A stretch of 64,000 bases of DNA, from positions 11,408,001-11,472,000 of the forward strand of contig JBHGNT010000021.1 in the NCBI GenBank assembly GCA_043228905.1, given 5' to 3'. Below are positions 24,716 through 37,662 of the stretch, piece by piece (the first letter of the stretch is position 1; every line of letters starts with the position of its first letter). The position numbers and the translations under genes are program-made. The notes beneath the pieces are model-generated. The model worked only from the letters and a program-made list of their open reading frames with translations, did no database searches and was not told the DNA's origin. Source of the stretch: Azolla caroliniana. Taxonomy: Eukaryota; Plantae; Polypodiophyta.

Positions 24716-26390
24716 CTCTCTCTCCTTGAACTATAAAAGGAGGGGGAAAAGAGGGAGAAAGAGATCTACATTTTTGGAGAAGGAAGTTTTGTCGGACCGA
24801 GCTCTACAGACTTGCGTGCTCTCCCATTTTTGGTTTCAGTTTGTGGTTGTGTTGCAAGGCTTCCGTTTTGCGATGGTAGTCCATGTGCTCCCGATTGGAC
24901 TCTCGAAGCTCTATGTTGTCGGCCGCGTCTAGTTGTAATCCTCTATGTCTTCTGTTAATTTTTAATTACTAAGTTCCCCCATGTGTTGCACATCCCTGTC
25001 GCCTTATCTCTGTTCTGTTTCTGTTTGAGGGTGCGCATCTGAGTACGTTAGCTATGAGCTCTTCGTCGCTATCCAGCTATTGGTCCAGTAGATTATTCGA
25101 TTCTAAGCCCATGCATCCATTGTCCGGCATCCTTGCATTGGTCCGGAGTGGTACGTGTCCGAAAATAGTTCGAGACTATCTTCTTCTCATACCGGCTCCT
25201 TGGTCCGAGACCCCGGTGGTCCTGCCCCGTTTTTACACGTACCCACGGAATAGCACGACATAATTTGGTGAACCCGACGTGAAAGGGAGCAGTAGAGGAG
25301 CCCAAGATGAGAGAAGCGAACTTGCAGAGGCAATGGCGGTGGCCTTCGACCGTATAGTTAATGCGCGGGAGAGTGCAGGTAGCCTCAACATGGCCATAGG
25401 ATAGTCGACACAACGGGCCGATTCAATGGAAGGGACGTGTCGAGCTACTTGGAGGCCTATAAAGCTGAGATGTTGATGCTAGACATTCCGGAGGAAAAAC
25501 GGTTGTCCAGGTTTCCCCAAGTTGTTACGCAGAGCATCGACGCGGAGGTGCTCTCAATACAAGCCGATTGTCAGCATTGGTCAAGAGCTCGAGGAGCGGC
25601 TCCTCAAAAGGTACAGCCTCAACAACTCACTCTGGTTGTCGAATAGGGAGTTCATGGAATGCGTCGAGATCCACGAAAAAGGACAAAACACATTAGTGTG
25701 TCTCTAGGAATTCGAGAAGTCATTTGCATGCCTTTCGGTGCTGGACCGGATCGTGCTCGACACGAGCAAGGGCTTGCTATTCATCAAGTCGGTCGACCCG
25801 CATGATCGAGAAAAGGTGGGTCTCCTATTGGAGACGAATGAAGGGCTCACAGTCGATAAGTGGCGGGAGTGGAATGGCGGGGGGGTGTCAACAGCCGGCC
25901 CAACTATCAAGAAGAGGTCGGAGGAGATTTTGACTCAGTCGAAAAGATATCAAGAGGTGGCTCGAGTCGGGGTGTGGCTCCAACCAACATGGTGAAGGGC
26001 CCATATGGGGGCACGGCTCTCGAGGAGCTAACGAAGATGGTACAAGACCTCCAGATTACCCAAGCTCGGTGTATGTGGTGCGACGTTGTCGGCCACATGC
26101 GGAGAGAGTGCACTGATGTCGCCGAAGCACTAAAGAACAATGTTGTATACCTCTAGAACGAATGGATGCACACATACGACAAGAAAAATCCCCTCGAGGT
26201 GTACACCGGATGAGGACAATGGACAACTCCATGGTCCAGAACGCTGAGGCCATTCACTACTTGGTGTCGACAGGGATCCTGGTAGGCGAAGAGAAGGGCA
26301 TCAGATCTGGAAGCAAAGCCGGATTCTGGCCGCTTGTGTTGGAAGGCTTATACGGAGTGAGGCTAAGAAAGGAAGAGGTGGACCACGCGG
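24716..26390 (+). mobile_element. Truncated tRNA-Trp-primed gypsy: partial LTR (to 25260), PBS, degenerate gag
   Basis: TATAAAAGG; LTR end GCACGACA; PBS TGGTGAACCCGACGTGA at 25266-25282; gag SYLEAYKAEM and CMWCDVVGHMRREC, homologous to 32128 onward. Confidence 0.85.
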
Positions 26391-27696
26391 TGTCGTGAAG
26401 AATTTCGGCCAAAGGCGGAAACCGGGAAATATTGGCTACATCGGCGGGGTGCACCATGTGCACTCACCCTCATGTAATTGTGTGAATAATAGGAGTTAAG
26501 TCGGGATGAAGAATCCCATGTAAATCGGGATTTATCCCACATTGTAACGCATCCCTCTCCTTGTTCTATAAAAGGAAGGGATGGTCCCTTGTAGAAGGGT
26601 TGCCCATTTTGTATTAGTAGGGTATACCGTTAGACGGAGAGACGTTCTCTCTTTCTCTCTCTCTCTCTTGTTTAGGGTTTCTTCTTCTTGCTCCCCTCTT
26701 CCTCTTCTTCTTCTTCTTCTTCTTCTTCTTCTTCTTCTTCGTCCTTCTGTGCGTCGAGCCTTGGCATCTAGCGTTCCAGTTTTCTGCCCTGTACTCTGTG
26801 CAAGACCCTGCTCCGCGCGACAAGCCCGAGAGCTCCCCGACCGGCGGCTTGGCAGTAGACAACGGTTGTATCTCATGCGGCCTAGGTCCGGCTTGAAGTC
26901 GGTGTTGAATCTCGTTGTCTTGTAAATACATATACATGTGGTTGTGCATATTTAGGTCTCTGTTGGTGTGTGTGTGTGTGTCTTAGTGTTTCTTTCTTGC
27001 TTATGTACATGTTCGTGCGAGAGTCAATGGTGCATGCCTGCTCACTCTCTCTCTCTCCCTTCGGTTGCTTCCGATGTGCTCCTGGGGTGCCCCGGAAAAG
27101 GTGAAGTGCGGCTTCCTACGCTCCGTCACTCCCTAGTCCAAGACCCCTGTGGTCCCGCCTTTCTACACGCACGCACGTAACAACGTGACATCTTTGGTAA
27201 ACCCGATGTGAAAGGCGGCAAGGGAGGATGGAGTCGGAAGACAATGACCTCGTGGTGATGGTGGCTGAAGTGGTGTTGGAGTCGGCACGAGTGGTGATGA
27301 GGCGAGAAGCAGCGCAACAAGCGGTTGAGCGAGTGGTCGAAAGAGTCAGTCGTCTCAACAGGACGAATTCCCATCTTACTTGGAAGCCTACAGCGCGGAA
27401 ATGGAGGAGCGAGACGTGGACGAAGAGTTGAGGCTGGAGTTCTTCTGTCGGGTTGTCGCCGTCCATACGCACATGGAAGTGAAGGAGCTCCTACAAGCTC
27501 ATAGTTCATGGGAGGCCTTTGAAGAGGCGCTCCTGTAGGCATATGGAGGACAGCGGAAGAGCCGGTGCCGACTTCGACCAGTGGGTAGCATCGGCAAAGA
27601 CGCACCGGGGTGCAACGAAGGCATTCCGAGAGTTCGAGCGACGGCTTGCTCGGCTCCCAGAGCGGGAACAAGGTTTGGTGGGGGCGGACAAAGTCC
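26391..27696 (+). mobile_element. Gypsy LTR (26391-27190) plus PBS and gag start, truncated
   Basis: TGTCGTGAAG...CGTGACA; degenerate Trp PBS TGGTAAACCCGATGTGA at 27195-27211; same LTR family as 47398-48218; (TTC)n run inside. Confidence 0.85.
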
Positions 27697-28150
27697 TTCG
27701 GGTGCTTCCATATCTTACTGTTCTATAGGAAGAACCGGTAAGCCTTCTTCCGAATCCGGCTTGCTTCGTCTTTCGTCCATGCCGCGTCCAGGCTCAATGT
27801 GCTTAGGAATTTACCAATTTGGAGCCACTCCCCGTCGTAGTCGGTCTTGTCAAACTCACTCAAGGCCAGAGTACCCCATTTGCTTGCCCTTACTCAGGCT
27901 AACTTGAAGAAGTCCTCGCCGACTTCTTCATCGTCAAACACCATGTTGTCCTCGTTGTCGAACCACACTCTCAAAAGCATATAGGCCATGGCATTGTCTT
28001 TTTCAGAGATGTGCCATATCTCCGAATTCAGGGACTTTACGTACGCGATCCACCTGAGCATCGTCAGGTCCGGAGTCGCACATCCGGATACCATGCCGAA
28101 AATCGGCAAGCAGTCTGTCTGGATGATTACTTCCCCCTGATTAAGTAGTC
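27697..28150 (-). pseudogene. pol: Gypsy (Trp family) RNase H-integrase linker fragment
   Basis: TDCLPIFGMVSGCATPDLTMLRWIAY and DGEWLQIG...KKAYRFF, homologous to 36000-36460. Confidence 0.85.
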
Positions 28151-28839
28151 TGTAAAGAAAAGAGGAGCCAAGAATGGTTGTAATGCATCGGAAGATGAGT
28201 GTGTGTGTGTGTGTGTGTGTGTGACAAGATAGAGAGAGAGAGTGAGTGTGTGTGTCCGCTATCACCTGTCGCTGCCCGAATCATCATTCGTTTCGACCCG
28301 GTCGTCGTTGTCAGTCGCACATTCCGGGTCTAGCTCTTCCTCTTGCCGCTTCTTGAATACCTTGACCCTTTTTCCTACTACCGGCACTGCCATCCGTGTC
28401 CCGTCGAGCTCCGCAAGATGGTACGCGCCGTTGTCGTTCGCACTTGTTACCGCATAGGGCCCGAACAACCTCCTCGCTAACTTATGCACCGCCTTGTGCT
28501 GATTGTCGAGGCTGCTATCGTACACCAGCACCCAGTCACCTTCCTCGATCTTCCTCGGCCTCATTCGGTGAGTACGGTCGAACCGACCTTTGTTCTTTTC
28601 TCGTGTTGTACGCAACCTTCCCTTCACCCGCTCCACGTCTTCCGGTCTTCGCTCGAGTTGTCGAATCCTTGCTGCTAGCAACTCTTCCCAGCTCATCTCA
28701 CCCTTCCAGTCCATCGTGGCCCACAAAGTGATCCTTTTCTCCGCTGGCATGATTGGCTTCTGCCCGTTGTCGTGAAGAAAACCGGCCATAGGCGGAATCA
28801 GAGAAAAAGGCGCATGAACCGGCTCTTACATAGGTGGAC

Positions 28840-31434
28840 AGTTTTTTCTCCGGGACAGTTTTTGTCTCCGGGGTCTTATTCGTATGTACATCCACTGGAT
28901 TCACCGGTGCTTCGATCTGTGTTGCGGTTAAGCCCATTTTGGCCATGTCTTCTGTGACCCAATCCAAGTCTTGTTCGAGGCACCGGATCCTTGACCGGGC
29001 TGTCTCTAGTTCATCGGTTGTGACTAGCAACCGTTCCATCTGCGCTCATTCTTCCGCCTCTACATACAATATCACTCCAGTAACCTACTCTCCTATCCAC
29101 CAGAGCCATTGGCTACCGGTGCCCTGTTGTTGCGTCTACATGGAGGGTTGGATGATGGGTTCACTTGCCGGTGGCTAGTCCCGCCTTACTGCGTCGAGCT
29201 GCAAGTTCGGCTCTGCCTGCTGACCACTTTGTCATTCAGGTTCCGGTTGTGTTTCGGCTGGCCACACTTGTTCTGCTTGTTCCTGGCCGGCTGAGGAAGG
29301 TGGCACCTGCATTACCGGCGCTTGCATTTCGGGGCTTGCCGTTCCCTGACCCGCCGGTATTGCCTATTGTGCAGGGGCTTCTGAACCGGTTCCAGTTCCT
29401 TCCTTGGCGTGGGCTTCTCAGTGTGGGGTAAAGTTGTTCCATCCTTCTATAGGTCCGAACACTTCCTGACTGATTCTGCGGTGCTCTTCACCGGCCGCCG
29501 CTAGAGGTGCTCCGTAGGTTCTTCCTCCGTTTCCTCCTCCTGAGTCCCGACATTCATTCTTGCCGCCAAGGTGTCCGTTTCTTGTTGCACCGGTTGGCGG
29601 AGTGTGCTCTTCAGGGGCCGTGCCGGTGTCTCCTCCTGTGTCTCTATTGGCTATTTCCGGATGGCGTGCTCCTTTGCCGCCTCCTCCGTGTCGGCTATCT
29701 TCCCCTTAGTGGTCTTGGTGGCCAACAATTGCTGTCGTTTTGAAGCAGCTTTCGGGGTGCCATCCGGTACTCTTTCCCGCTTCTTGGTCTGGACGGGCTT
29801 GACCGGTGGCGCCAGTAGGGTGAGCCATTGCGCCATCGCATGCCATATTTTCCGGCCTTCTTTGGCTTCCTTACCTCGTACGGTGTCAATAGCCGCACAT
29901 AATCCATCGGCGATCAGCATCAGCCAATCCACCTTGACCCCTTCGTATGTTGCAATGATCAAGCCTGCTCAATTCTGAGGCATGACGGGGGGTCGAGGGT
30001 ATACGTGGCCAAACTCATGGAGTACACAGGAAATTTCTTGGAATAACATATCTTCTCCGCCCTGTGTCTTGTAGCCCTAGTTGGCCAGAGAATACTCGCC
30101 GAAGTATTTGATGAGCCGTTCGGAAGTAGGGTTGTCAATGGTGTTACAGAGGTTGCAAACAACCTATCAAAGTCAATTGTCGCATTATAGGGAGCAGGAG
30201 GCGGACACGGTCAGAATCATCAAGCAATTGAAAGAGGAGCGACAAGCCGCGGAGAACAAATCACATATGGGAACCGAAAAGATCCAGTGCTTCCTCCGGG
30301 CATGGCTCAACAAGACCAAACGCTTGATTGACGAGAGCTCTGTGCGATGGTGAACGAAATGGGCGCAGAATATGGCCGAACTCCAGTTGCTAAGGGCGGA
30401 CGCGGAAAACCGGCAGAAGGAAGGTGACGACTGTTACATGCTCACATCAGAGGACTTCACCGCCATAAAGGATGAGCTGGCAGAAGATTTCATAGCTCTG
30501 GCGGATGAGCAATTGGTGCAGGTCCGGCAACTGATAGCTCAAATGGACGACGATCGGATGGATGCTCAAATCTAGTTTGAGAGCTATGAGCGGTCCCGGC
30601 TTAGGGAAGAAAAAGCAAGGCAGGCGGCAACGGTCAACCTCAGTGATGAAGAACCATCGCCGGTACAAGGACCAGATGGGGACCAGGCCAGGGTAAGTCA
30701 ACCAGAGACAACTACGACGGAGGAAACAACGAAGGAAACGTCGGTGCTAGAGCAACAATCGGAGCCGCAGCCAGAGTCGGAGCCACAAACGGAGAAGCAA
30801 CCCCAGCCACAATTGGATCAGCCGCAGCAGCAGCATCAGCAACAACAGTAGCCACAACAGATTCCCGTAGAACCACTGGAGACCCAGGAGCAAAGCATCC
30901 TGGATATCTTGGACGAAGAGTAAGGGGCCGGTGTGGGATTCGACGTACAAGGTACTGTGCCACGGTCGTGCCATGTGTTACCTAGCCGGCAAAGAAGCTA
31001 AGGACGCCAAGACCAGGGTGTGTAAAGGGGAATTATTATTTAGGAATCTGTTGTAATTACTAATCTTAATATATTACTATATGAGAAGATGTGGACGGAC
31101 GGACCGGAATCGGTATGCCGATCCGGATCCGGACCAATCCCGAATAGGTGCCGGTTGCCACCGTTTTGTACTTCGCACTGGTGACCTATATAAAGGCCCG
31201 GTTACAATGTAGTCATTAACGGAGAGTAATATAAACCTTTTGTTTAATCATTAAATATTGTTCACCGTTCTGTGCTTATTGTATATCTTACGCGTGTTAA
31301 TGATGTATTGCTATGTAACCGATTAAGGTCCAATGAAGCATTGTGTCATAAGTTATCTCGTCATAACACCCTTTGGTGAAGTGTCTTAAGTGGACACCCT
31401 GTGTTAGGTTGTTGTCCGGCCCTAAGGATTAACA
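28840..31434. mobile_element. Rearranged fragment of the extra-ORF gypsy family: inverted ORF piece (28840-~30138, minus) plus ORF C-terminus and 3' LTR (30976-31434, plus)
   Basis: YFGEYS and KRLIDESS...AELQLLRAD motifs shared with 6917-9385; 459-bp LTR with TGTTACC...GATTAACA termini like element A. Confidence 0.85.
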
Positions 31435-32127
31435 ACGAGAATTGATATTTTGGACATAATTCATAATTAGGTCGGCTGATGTAAATACTAGGTAGTACAC
31501 ATTTATTAGGGGATTGTGTGTATCTCTGTCGAAAGGGACAGGGATTAAAGCGATTTGACTAGGGAAGAAGGGTCTCCCCTTGGTGAACTATTTAAGGAGA
31601 GAGAGAAGGAAGAAAAGGGATCACGTGTTAGGGAGGACCGAGTGTGGTAGGACCGAGTGTCGAGCTCTCTCTCCTCCTCCGATCGTCATTCTCCGTGGGT
31701 GCTGGGAGTTCGACGTGTCTCCTTCGTGGGTAGCCCGTGCGCTGCCAACAGAGGCTCTCCCTTCTACGCTTCTTTTAGGGCTTCAGTGTGTTCTGTCTGT
31801 GTGCGTGAGTAGGATCCCAGTGTCGGGTCCATTGCCGCCTTGCCGGTTGTAATCGTCAGAGTTTGTAATCTCTTGATATTGTAATCGACTGTTACTGTAA
31901 TTAAGTGTTCCGTTTCTTTCTCTTTCCTTCTCCCTTCTGCGTATCTGCTCTTCTCTTCTCCTCTTCTCTTCTCTTCTCCTCTCCTCTTCTCTTCTCTCTC
32001 TCTCTCTCTCTCTCTCTCGCTCCTCGGTTCAAGGCCCCCGTGGTCCCACCTCTTTCTACACGCACGCGCGTAACAATGCAACATCTTTGGTGAACCCGAC
32101 GTGAAAAGGCGGCAAAGGAGTCGAAAG

Positions 32128-35100
32128 ATGAGGGGATCGGAGCTAGCAAAGGCAATGGCGGTAGCCGTCGACCGGCTGTTAAGCGCTCGTGAGGGGACGG
32201 GTACCCTCGACAAAGCCATTGAATCGATCGTCGACACTATAGGCCGGTTCGGAGGGAAAGACGCCACAAGTTATTTGGAGGCTTACTCGGCCGAAATGAT
32301 CATGAGGGACATCCCGGTGGACAGGCGGTTGTCCGGATTCCCTCTGGTGGTGACGTCGAGCATCCACGCAGAGGTGCTCGAGGTGGTGGCCGGATGCCAG
32401 ACTTGGGAGGAGTTCGAGCTACAACTCCTCGAGAAGTACAGGTTTGATGACTCGCTTTGGCTGTCGAAGCGGGACTTCATGGCATTGGTGGAAAGCCCCG
32501 GAAAAGGGAGGAACACGGCGGCGCTCCTCCAGGAGTTCGAAAAACGATTCGCGCGGCTGTCATGCTGGACTGGACCGTGCTTTAAACGAGTTGAGTACTA
32601 CTGTTTGTCAAGTCGGTGGATGCGCTCGACAGGGAAAAGGTGGGTCCCCTATTGGAGAAGGACGAAGGGCTCATGGCAGACTGGGCCGTGGTAAAACGGG
32701 TCTACAACCGTTTCGACAAACGGCGCGAGTGGAGCGAGGAGCCGGTATCGGTGCCAACCGGTAGGAAGGAAGAGACCCGAATTTGGCTGGAGTCGGGGTC
32801 GGCATCGAACGACGTGGTCAAAGGCCCATTCGGAGGAGCGGCTCTAGAGGAGCTGACACAGATGGTGCGCGACCTGCAAATCGCACAAGCTCAGAGAGAC
32901 AGCGGCGAACAACCTCGCGACCGAAGGCCACCGGTTGGGCAGCGGTGCATGTGGTGTGACACGATCGGTCACATTCGGAAGGATTGCGCGGATTTCGCCG
33001 ACGCACTTAGGACCAACGTGGTGTACCTCTAGAACGGGTGGGTGCATGTGAGCGAGACCCGGAGAGCCCTAGAACTGAATACGGGGTGCGGCGGAATGAA
33101 GAGGTTGATGGAAGAGGCCGCGGCACGGCATGTAGAAGCCGTTAACTACTCAGTGTCAGCGGGAATTCGGGTCGGGGGTGATGAGACCCGAAAGGCGAAG
33201 GACTCGGGATTCTGGCCGCTAGTGCTAGAAGGCCTCTCCGGAGTTCGGCTGAAGAAGGAAGAGGCAGACTGCGCGGAACAACGGGTCTAGGAGGTCACCA
33301 GATGGGACAATCCGGTCGAAGAGAAAACAGGCTTCATAAAAGCCGCTTGCCAGAACTACGAGGTTCTGGTGGAAGACAAACGAGCAGGAAAGGCCGGAGG
33401 GATCGGTCCCCGGCAGAGGTACGAGACCCGGTTCGGACCGAAACCGACCAGTGCAAGCAACCCAGGCGCGCCGGATGGGAAGAAGCAGGTGGGGTTTCGG
33501 TTGAGCACCGAAATGGAGAGAGCAACGGACCTACAGAAGGTCCTTGAAGAGCGGATCCTCGATAGTAAAGTGGAGCTGTCGTTGCAGGAGGTGCTGGGAA
33601 TCGCCAAGAGGGAGTTCCACGACTCCATCGTAGACTTGGTGAAGCGGAAGAGGCTCTCGATGGAGCCGGAACCGGAGAAGCCGGTGGAGGTGCGGACTAC
33701 GCACTTAGAAGACACGGCCCTAGAAGACGAGTTGGCAGAAAGCCACTACGCGAAGCCGCATTGGGCCAAGGAAACTATGGAAACCCCTGTGCGGATCGAC
33801 AACGTTCCGGAACCGGTGGTGGCCTTGGTAGACCACGGATACGAAATCAACCTAATGTCCATGGATTTCTACAATAAGGGTAAATGGTCGATCAACACCA
33901 AGCATGGGTGGAAGATACGCGCGGCGACGCGTGCTACGGAGGAGCTGCATGGTGCGTGCCCGAATGTACGCATAAAGATCGGTGACGTCGAGATAGATCA
34001 ACATTTCTTCGTGCAGGAAACATCCTCGCACCCGGTGATTCTCGGCGAACCATACATTACGGCAGCACGCATGGAGACGAAGGTGCTGGACAATGGTTCA
34101 GCGTACGTGCGCGTCAAGAGCCAAGACGGTCGGCATTCCGTCCAGTTCATGACCGTACGTCCGAACCATGAGAGGAATCGCGAGACCCTTGGCAGCGACA
34201 GCCGAGGGGATTTTTAGAGAGGGCTATCAAGGCGTGGGGCCGCGGTAGTCCAGACGTACCGGAAGAACCCCACACATGTACAATAGGTAGGAAGTTTTGG
34301 TTCTTCGAAAACAGAGATTGTACTATAGCCGGCGTCAGCAGTCGGGAGAGGAAGCGAGTGGAGGAGCGGCTCAGGGGATGCAGAGTCCTCTCCCCTGATG
34401 AAGAAATCAGTGGCGCCGTGGAGGCGGTCTCTTTTGATGACACCTTGGGCGAGTTGCGAAAGGTGATCGATGAAGACCTTAGAGAAGACCGGACCGTTCC
34501 AGTTAGTTTGATGGGAATGTACGAAGTCATCGCGAACTTCGAGGAAAGGATCGGGTCGGATCGGACGGCCCGCGTGGATACAAGTACAAGACTGTGGACC
34601 GGAAGGTGAGGCTAGTCGCGGCACCCTTGCCGAAGGGCAGCGAGGAGCGGATAAAAGGGGTCGCGTCGAACCCAAGTTTACGGAATATGGCTGGCATAGG
34701 GCACCGGTTCACCGACATAACGCTACGGGAGCTCAAGGTTGGTGGGGGTGGCTTTCTACTGCCGACGGACGAGGACAGGTTTCGGAGAATGCTCGGAAGG
34801 CATGGGAAAGCCTTCGCGTTCTCGCCGGAGGAGATCGGGTGCGTGGACCTGACGATCGTCGAACCGATGGTGATCTTCACGGTACTGCATGCACCGTGGA
34901 ATCTCAAACCGATTCCAGTGTCGAGAGCTCACATCCCAAAGTTGATGGAGCTTCTGAAGCAAAAGGTGGAGATGGGCATCCTTGAACCGTCGAGTGCCCC
35001 ATATTCAAATTGGTGGTTTACGGTGCCGAACAAGAACGGCACGCTGCGCTTCATTCAGGACCTGCAACCAGTCAACAGGGTGACCATCCATAATGCAGGA

Positions 35101-37662
35101 ATCGGACCGACCATAGACGAGTTCGCGGAGGCCTTCGTGGAAGGTTGATCTATTCGGTCGGTGACTTATACTCGGGATACGACCAGTTCCAGCTAGCCGT
35201 GGAGAGCAGGGATATCACGATGATGTGAACTCCTTTCGGCCTAGTACAGATGTGTACCCTACCACAAGGTGGGACGAATTCGGTGGCGCATATGATGAAC
35301 GCAATGAACAAGGTGTTGAGGGACTGCATCCCGGACATCACCATGCCATTCTTGGACGACATCCCGATAAAGGGGTGTCCGGTGGATGATGCGGACGAGA
35401 CTGTCGGGCCAGACGAATGCCGGAGGTTCGTCGTGAACCACATCAATGACTGTGAGAAGGTGCTGCAGAGGCTCGAAAGCGCACGACTCACCTTCTCCGG
35501 AGAAAAATCAGCGTTCGGGCAGTCGGACACTTATGCGGGCCTTACGGTACGAAACCGTCTCCGGCAAAGGTAGAGGCCATCTCCGTAATGAGGAACGATT
35601 GCGGGTCGGTCATGGAAGTCCGCGGATTCTTGGGAGCATGCGCGTTCTACCACATCTGGATCCCGCACTACGCACATGTCACGGAACCCCTCTACGGACT
35701 ATTGAAAAAGGAGCGTAGCTTTGAGTGGAGGACGGAGCACATAGAGTCGGTCCGGAGACTAAAGGAGGCGCTTACGGTAGCGCCAACTCTCCATAAAGCG
35801 GTTTACGGCAAGGGAGTCCCCATCTACGTGACGATAGACACGAGCCCGACCGGGATCGGGTGGGTGATCAACCAGGAGGACGAGGATGGTGCACGGTTCC
35901 AGATCTGGTTCGGGGCGAAGGTATTGAGCGAGCGACAGCAAGGATACGCCCAAGTCAAGCGCGAACTATGGGGTGTCGTTTCGGCAGTCAAGGCCGACAG
36001 GGACTACCTGATCGGGACGGAGGTAACAATCGAGACAGACTGCCTGCCGATACTCGGCATGGTTTCCGGATGCGCGATGCCGGACCTAGCAATGCTCCGG
36101 TGGATAGTGTACATTAAGTCCCTGAACCCGGAGATACGACACATCTCCGGAAAGGATAACGCCATGGCCGACATGCTTTCGAGAGCAAGGTTCCACGACG
36201 AAGACGGCATGGTTTCAGATGACGAAGAAGTCGGCGAGGACTTCTTCGAGTCATCTAACGTGACGACAAGGAAAGGGGACACTCCGGCACTTAACAAATT
36301 CGACGAAAGCAGGTACAACGGGGAGTGGCTCCAAATCGGGAGGTTCCTACAGGCGATGACGCCGGACGCAGCGTGGACTAGAGAAGAGGCGAGCCAGGTA
36401 CGGAAGAAGGCGTACCGATTATTCCTACGGGATGGGTGCATATGGAGGCACCCAAAGAAAAGAAACGGCATCCCGCTCCGAGTAGTGGCAAAGAAAGAAG
36501 AACAAGAGGAACTACTGGTGGCATTTCACGAGAGTCCCTAGGCTGGGCACCGCGGAACGTGGGCCACATTCGAGAAGCTGAAGGAGAAGTACTGGTGGCT
36601 GGGGCTGTACCAGGATGTGCATCGGTTCGTAACGACTTGCAAAAGCTGTCAGATGCACTCCGTAGTCCGACATCGGGATGAGCTACACCCGACCTACCCG
36701 CCTGCGGTCCATTTCAAGTGGATGGTGGACTTGGTGATGATGCCGATGGGAGTAGGACAGATGCGATACCTGGTGCTTGCGCAGGAAGACTTAACAAACC
36801 AGGTGGAAGGTCGTGCACTGCAAAACAAGACAACCGCGGTGGTATGCTGGTTCCTGATAGAAGAGGTAGTGTGTCGGTACGGGTGCGTCGGGAGGATTGT
36901 GGCGGACCGGGGAGAGCTGGATGCGCGGGAAGCTGAGGAGTTGTTCGACCGGCTAGGGGTCAAACTCTCCCTCACTACGGCGTACAATCCGGAGGCGAAC
37001 GGGAAGGTAGAACGTGGGCACTGGCCGATCGTAAAGGCATTGGTGCGTGCATGCGGAGGGCAGGTCGGGAATTGGCCGCGGCTCCTTCCTTACGCACTAT
37101 GGGCGGACCGAACTACGCACAGTCCGGTGACAGGGTTTATGTCAACAAAGCTGATGTATGGACAAAAGCCGATCATGACGGTGGAACAGACGGTTTCTTC
37201 GTGGGCGGCGGTAGATTGGAAGGACGAGATGAGCCGAGAGGAGTTCTTGGCGGCTCGGATTCGGCAACTCGAGCGGAGGCCGGAGGACATGAAACGGGCG
37301 AAGGAAAAGCTGCGGGCGGCAAGGCAGCGAACAAGACCCTGTTCAACCGGACGCACCGGTTGCGACCAAAGAAGGTCGAGGAAGGCAATTGGGTCTTGGT
37401 ATACGACAACACCCTCGACAATCCGCACAAGGCGGTGTGAAAGTTCGCTAGGAGATGGTTCGGGTCCTACACGGTGACGAGCGCGAACGACACCGGCACG
37501 TACCACCTCGCGGAACTTGACGAGACACGATTAGCAGTACCGGTGGCCGTGAAGCGGATCAAAGCATTCAAGAAGCGGTTCGAAGATGAGCCAGAGCTGG
37601 CGAGCGAGAGCAACGATGACGATCGGTTCGGGCTCGGCGAAGAATCGGAGAGCGACGAGTGA
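32128..37662 (+). pseudogene. gag-pol: gag-protease / pol of element H
   Basis: CMWCDTIGHIRKDC knuckle; protease ALVDHG; RT DLYSGYDQF...FLDD; RNase H TIDTS; integrase CKSCQ, WMVDL, ADRGE, NGKVE; multiple stops and frameshifts. Confidence 0.93.
34208..34273 (+). promoter_or_regulatory. Predicted -1 ribosomal frameshift signal (G GAT TTT plus pseudoknot) between protease and RT
   Basis: Slippery heptamer directly before the stop, 6-nt spacer, stem GGGCTATC/GGTAGTCC, loop GTGGGG complementary to downstream CCCCAC; conserved at 46614-46679 (minus). Confidence 0.75.

Noticed and set aside
26532-26949. Poly-Arg, poly-Lys and poly-Leu ORFs
   Set aside because: Translations of a (TTC)n microsatellite inside an LTR.
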